A stretch of 64,000 nt of DNA from Candidatus Peregrinibacteria bacterium (GTDB lineage Bacteria > Patescibacteriota > Gracilibacteria > UBA1369 > LOWO2-01-FULL-3). Both the position numbers and the translations under genes were made by a program. Shown here in pieces: positions 59,614 to 64,000 of this stretch (within the stretch, counting starts at the first letter, position 1; the number at the start of each line of letters is the position of its first letter). The notes under the pieces are model-generated. The model had not been told where the DNA came from, made no database searches, and saw only the letters and a list, made by a program, of their open reading frames with translations. The stretch is taken from positions 431,938-495,937 of the forward strand of contig JAPLYN010000005.1 of assembly GCA_026395515.1 (NCBI GenBank). Direction: 5' to 3'.

Positions 59614-59928
59614 ATGGAACCAATTCTCATTTCCCACGAAATCACTAAAACAAACTTCCTCACTAAATTCACTCTCGTACTTTTCGGCATTCTCTCCACT
59701 AGCATTATTTTTGCTATCACTTTGAAACTATTCCAAATTCCGGGAATCTGGATTGGCCTAGCCATCTGTATAATTCTAATTGGATTGGCACTCAAATATA
59801 AAAAACCCGGAAGCTATCTCCGCTTCATAGCCTGGAGCATGCTCGGCACTATTATTGCCTTCACTATCATCTATTTTGTAGGCCTAAACTACGCTCAAAG
59901 CACCCTAGACGGGTTTCAGACGAAGTAA
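59614..59928 (+). CDS. Small membrane protein (3 TM)
   Basis: Three hydrophobic segments; TGCTATAAT upstream. Confidence 0.7.
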   Translation: MEPILISHEITKTNFLTKFTLVLFGILSTSIIFAITLKLFQIPGIWIGLAICIILIGLALKYKKPGSYLRFIAWSMLGTIIAFTIIYFVGLNYAQSTLDGFQTK

Positions 59929-59944
59929 GCAAAAGTTCCACAAC

Positions 59945-60682
59945 CTAATCCGCCCCCAATCTTTTAGATTCATCAACTGAAACAAAAGAATTTTTCAGAT
60001 CAATATTTGCCAATACTTTTTCCCATCCATTTTGAACCACAGCTTTCGCTAACAAAAATAAATTAGATAAATATAATCCAACTAACATTCTCTCATTCTT
60101 AGTTGATGGCTCCTCTTCGCCAAAATTTGAATTCGGATATTTGACCCTACAACTTTGCCCCTGATAACTATTATACTGGGCGCGATCCAATAAATCACCT
60201 GCACTATAATTTGAAACCTCTGGTCTAGCCGACGACTTGTAATCATCACGCATATTATTAGCATCTATCCATTCCTCTAATAATGTAAAATCTATTTCAA
60301 TATCTTCATTATCATCAAAAGCTAATACCCCCTCAATAAACTTAATCATCAAATTTAATTGATAAGCTTCCTGATCCTCCAACGGCTCACCACCCTGTAA
60401 TTTCAAAATTAACCTTTGAGCAGCTTCCATGGCCTCCCTAGTAACACTCTGGTAAATTTCCATTTTATCCAATTCTTCCATCAACTCACTTGATCTATCA
60501 GATATTTCCATATTAATTCCAGATACAGCCAATTCATCCCTCAACCAAGAAACTATTCCTTCAGGTGTATCAAAAGCAGGAGAAACAAAAGAATCTATTC
60601 CCCGAGACCATTTAGAAAACAACACACCCTCATCTGTTTTCAACTTTCTAATTGGCAAATCTAATTCCTCTAAAGCACCCAT
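59945..60682 (-). CDS. Hypothetical acidic protein
   Basis: 245-aa ORF filling the gap; TTGACA-17-TTTAAT upstream. Confidence 0.7.
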   Translation of the reverse strand: MGALEELDLPIRKLKTDEGVLFSKWSRGIDSFVSPAFDTPEGIVSWLRDELAVSGINMEISDRSSELMEELDKMEIYQSVTREAMEAAQRLILKLQGGEPLEDQEAYQLNLMIKFIEGVLAFDDNEDIEIDFTLLEEWIDANNMRDDYKSSARPEVSNYSAGDLLDRAQYNSYQGQSCRVKYPNSNFGEEEPSTKNERMLVGLYLSNLFLLAKAVVQNGWEKVLANIDLKNSFVSVDESKRLGAD

Positions 60683-60740
60683 TTAAGAATCGTTAAAAGG
60701 CACCATTAAATCACATTAATGGAACAGTGTCAAGTCCACA

Positions 60741-62990
60741 CTATTCACTCAATATCTTCCTTGGCTTCGCACCATCTGCCGGACCTACTACTCCGTTCTT
60801 TTCAAGGAGATCAATAAGACGAGCCGCTCTCGCATAGCCCAATTTCAAATGCCTCTGAAGCAAGCTAGCTGAAGCTTTTCTAGTCTGTATCACGAGCTGG
60901 AATGCCTGTTCATACATATCATCTTCTTCCGCACCATCACCAGCTGAAATCTTCGAATTTGGCACACCTACAAGGTTCTGTTTCGCTGTTTCCATACTCG
61001 TAATATTGTCATCATACTTCGGTTCAGTAGTAAGCTTCACACGATTTGTAACCTTTTCAATTTCATCCGTAGAAACGTAAATTCCCTGCACGCGCAAAGG
61101 CTTATTCATTCCCGGTGGCAAATAAAGCATATCTCCTCTTCCAAGCAAATCCTCCGCACCAATTCCATCCAAAATAGTTCTGGAATCGATAGAGCTACTT
61201 ACCGCAAAAGAAATTCTTGAAGGAATGTTCGCCTTAATCAAACCAGTGATTACATCCACAGAAGGCCTCTGCGTAGCAATAATTAAATGCATACCAACAG
61301 CACGAGCCATCTGAGCAATACGACAAATTGAAGCCTCCACTTCCTTACCAGCTGCCATCATCAAATCCGCCAACTCATCAATCACCACAATAATTCTTGG
61401 CAATTTATTTATGCCACTAAGATCATTATATTCTCCAATATTTCTTACACGATGATGTGAAAGTTCACTATATCTACGTCCCATTTCCGCCACCAACCAA
61501 CGCAAAGCAATCGCTGCTTTCTCAGGATCTTGAATCACCGGAGTAAGCAAATGAGGAATACTATTATAAGAACTCAATTCCACTCTCTTCGGATCCACCA
61601 TAATTAATTTCAAATCTCTTGGTGAATTCTGATACAAAAGCGCCATCAAAAACACATTCATCGCCACAGATTTTCCACTACCAGTCGCACCGGCAATAAG
61701 CAAATGTGGCATGAGTTCCAAATTACCAATAATTGGCTTACCTGCAACATCTCTACCCAATGGTAAACTCAATTTAGACTTACATTCTCCAAACTCCGCA
61801 GATTCCAAAATTTCTCGCAAATACACCGTAGCTCTATTCTCACTTGGCACTTCAATACCCACCAAAGATTTACCAGGGATTGGCGCTTCAATACGAATTC
61901 TTTCCGCCGCCAAAGCCAAAGCCAAATCATTTTTCAAAGCAGTAATTTTCGACAACTTCACACCTTCATGCGGCTTCAAAGTATATTGAATTACCGTCGG
62001 ACCAACATTCACTTCATGCATGGTCACCTCAATTCCAAACTGAGACAATTTCTTTTTAATTTTATCCGCATTCGCCATCAGCACATCATCATCCACCGTC
62101 ACATTACTATCTCCAGTCTTGAGCAAATCAAGTGAAGGAAATTCCCACTCATATTCTTCCTGCTCAGCAGCTTTTTCGCTTTCAGAAAGCTCAGCCTCTA
62201 CTTCTTTCGCTTTATCTTCATTAATAACAATTGTTGGCTTCTCATCTTCCTCCTTAGTGTCATTATCTTCAGCCATAATTATTCCACCATTCTTAGCCTT
62301 ATTACCATTTGTAATATGAGATTTTCTAATCATAATTTCTGGCATCTCCTCATCATCTTCAGTATCAGCCACGCCCTTCTTTCCATTGAAAGCAAAACCA
62401 AAAAGACCTCTAGTAGGAGGCTCAATCTTTTTCTTCGATTCCTTCACCATCTCAATTTTAATCTGAGGAATAATGAAACCCATTAACTCTCTCAAAGAAA
62501 GCTCGAAAACCAACATTAAAGAAATCAAAAAAGCTGCAATAAAAATAATTGTCGCAGTCACACGACCCACACCCAATACATCTAAAACCAAAAAGTTCGT
62601 CACAAAACCCACATACCCACCATACTTTCCAAGCGCTGCATAATCATGAATTCTATCTGGTGGAACTGAAAGATGAATAATACTTAAAGCAGAAAAAAGC
62701 ATGATTACCAATCCCACCAATCTCGCTGTACCAAAATTAACTTTCTTTGAGAAAAATAAAATTCCCGCAATCATAAAAAACACTACCGGTACCAAAAACA
62801 CACCCCAGCCAAAAACCGGAGCCAATAAATCAAAAACCCATCCAGTTCCAGGCAAATTAAAATCACTCTTTAAACTCAACACAGAAATAATACCTAAAGC
62901 TAAATAAATTATAGCCCAAATTTCTTTTGCGACTGACGGCTTAACTTTAATAGTCATGGCTGCCCGACGCCTTCTATGCCTTCTACCCAT
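60741..62990 (-). CDS. ftsK: DNA translocase FtsK/SpoIIIE
   Basis: N-terminal TM segments; PHLLIAGATGSGKS, DELADLMM and ATQRPSVDV motifs; gamma domain SLLQRHLKLGYARAARLID. Confidence 0.96.
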   Translation of the reverse strand: MGRRHRRRRAAMTIKVKPSVAKEIWAIIYLALGIISVLSLKSDFNLPGTGWVFDLLAPVFGWGVFLVPVVFFMIAGILFFSKKVNFGTARLVGLVIMLFSALSIIHLSVPPDRIHDYAALGKYGGYVGFVTNFLVLDVLGVGRVTATIIFIAAFLISLMLVFELSLRELMGFIIPQIKIEMVKESKKKIEPPTRGLFGFAFNGKKGVADTEDDEEMPEIMIRKSHITNGNKAKNGGIIMAEDNDTKEEDEKPTIVINEDKAKEVEAELSESEKAAEQEEYEWEFPSLDLLKTGDSNVTVDDDVLMANADKIKKKLSQFGIEVTMHEVNVGPTVIQYTLKPHEGVKLSKITALKNDLALALAAERIRIEAPIPGKSLVGIEVPSENRATVYLREILESAEFGECKSKLSLPLGRDVAGKPIIGNLELMPHLLIAGATGSGKSVAMNVFLMALLYQNSPRDLKLIMVDPKRVELSSYNSIPHLLTPVIQDPEKAAIALRWLVAEMGRRYSELSHHRVRNIGEYNDLSGINKLPRIIVVIDELADLMMAAGKEVEASICRIAQMARAVGMHLIIATQRPSVDVITGLIKANIPSRISFAVSSSIDSRTILDGIGAEDLLGRGDMLYLPPGMNKPLRVQGIYVSTDEIEKVTNRVKLTTEPKYDDNITSMETAKQNLVGVPNSKISAGDGAEEDDMYEQAFQLVIQTRKASASLLQRHLKLGYARAARLIDLLEKNGVVGPADGAKPRKILSE

Positions 62991-63126
62991 TTTTGCAGGA
63001 ACTTAAGGATTTCTTCGACCCTAGTACTATAGCTAAAAAAGCTTTTTTTGGCTAGAGATCTAAGTGCGAATTTACACCTCCTTCAAATCTGTTTGCAGAA
63101 AATACTGTCTTCGCTATACTTGGCGC

Positions 63127-63999
63127 ATGATTAAAACACGTTTTGCACCATCACCTACAGGTTATCTCCACGTTGGAGGTCTCCGCACTGCCCTTTATTG
63201 CTATTTATTTGCTAAAAAAAGCGAAGGAAAATTCGCGCTCAGAATTGAAGACACAGATCAAGAAAGATTCGTTCCGGGAGCTCTCGAAAATCTAATTGAT
63301 ACTCTTCATTGGGTTGGCATCACTTACGACGAAGGTCCATTCAAGAAAGACCCGACAAATAAAGACTCAGAAATCATCGAAAAAGGTGACGTCGGTCCTT
63401 ATATTCAATCTAAAAGAACAGCAATTTATAAAGAACAAGTTCAGAAACTTATTGATGCCGGTCAGGCTTATCACTGCTTCTGTACTAAGGAAAGACTCGA
63501 TGAAATGCGTGAGCGCCAAACTGCCAACAAGCAGGCGCCGATGTATGACAGAAAATGCTTAGACCTTCCAAAGTCTGAAGTAGAAGAGAAAATTAAAGCC
63601 GGCGAGAAATTCGTAATTCGTCAGAAAATGCCCTACGGCACTTTGAAATTCAAAGATTTAATTCGTGGAAATGTACAATTCGACGGAAAAACTATCGACG
63701 ATCAAGTTTTGATAAAATCTGATGGCTTCCCTACTTATCATCTCGCAAATGTAGTCGATGACCATTTCATGGAAATTACTCACGTAATTCGCGGTGAAGA
63801 ATGGCTTCCATCTACACCAAAACACGTTGCTCTCTACCAAGCATTCGGTTGGCAACATCCGGAATTTGCGCATCTTCCACTTCTTTTGAATGCAGACCGC
63901 AGCAAACTTTCCAAACGCCAAGGAGATGTAGCCGTAGAAGATTACATTAAAAAAGGATATCTTCGCGAAGCTATAATCAATTTTGTGGCTTTCTTAGGC
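63127..63999 (+). CDS. gltX: Glutamyl-tRNA synthetase (3' end truncated by window edge; not in ORF track)
   Basis: Translated by hand: [18 protein letters not shown]...RIEDTD...[18 protein letters not shown]...KLSKR. Confidence 0.95.
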   Translation, partial: MIKTRFAPSPTGYLHVGGLRTALYCYLFAKKSEGKFALRIEDTDQERFVPGALENLIDTLHWVGITYDEGPFKKDPTNKDSEIIEKGDVGPYIQSKRTAIYKEQVQKLIDAGQAYHCFCTKERLDEMRERQTANKQAPMYDRKCLDLPKSEVEEKIKAGEKFVIRQKMPYGTLKFKDLIRGNVQFDGKTIDDQVLIKSDGFPTYHLANVVDDHFMEITHVIRGEEWLPSTPKHVALYQAFGWQHPEFAHLPLLLNADRSKLSKRQGDVAVEDYIKKGYLREAIINFVAFLG

Positions 64000-64000
64000 T

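Noticed and set aside
59929-60743. Possible degenerate direct repeat (aagttccacaaccta versus aagtccacacta) flanking the 245-aa orphan
   Set aside because: Short and needs several indels; cannot be told from chance without comparative genomes.
1-64000. Alternative genetic code 25 (UGA=Gly) as in Gracilibacteria/Absconditabacteria
   Set aside because: Long conserved genes are intact under code 11, and TGA is used as a real stop (leuD, hsp20, RNHCP, hydrolase).
1-64000. CRISPR array, tRNA/rRNA genes, transposase, integrase or prophage
   Set aside because: No regularly spaced repeats, tRNA consensus or recognisable mobile-element ORFs were seen by eye.

Overview
AT-rich, densely coding 64-kb bacterial chromosomal segment. 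It uses the standard genetic code 11 (TGA is a stop, e.g. the ATGA overlaps at leuD/leuB and hsp20/galU). By inference it is from a Patescibacteria/CPR organism, most plausibly Peregrinibacteria-like: it has an array of VirB2/TrbC-type pilins, type IV pilus genes, an SLH protein and almost no Shine-Dalgarno motifs. Housekeeping genes are a DEAD-box helicase (partial), typA, rpmB, metG, tilS, ftsH, hsp20, galU, RNase P RNA, secA, ftsK and gltX (partial). Biosynthetic genes are unusually numerous for such an organism: leuCDBA, glnA, aspA-like, queE-queC-queF, folC, ftcD and purL-purQ. Items not in the ORF track: (1) a complete leucine leader-peptide attenuator upstream of leuC; (2) an exact 27-bp direct repeat flanking a 573-aa orphan gene inserted into the rnpB promoter, with no integrase; (3) two small basic ORFs (28 aa and 51 aa) with their own promoters; (4) at least 8 apparently leaderless genes with the -10 box exactly 6 nt before the ATG; (5) a repeated GC-rich palindrome tied to antisense promoter motifs, and two multi-hairpin intergenic elements; (6) a pilT plus five VirB2-like pilin operon. 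No CRISPR array, tRNA, rRNA, transposase or integrase was seen. All calls come from reading motifs by eye; no database searches were run.
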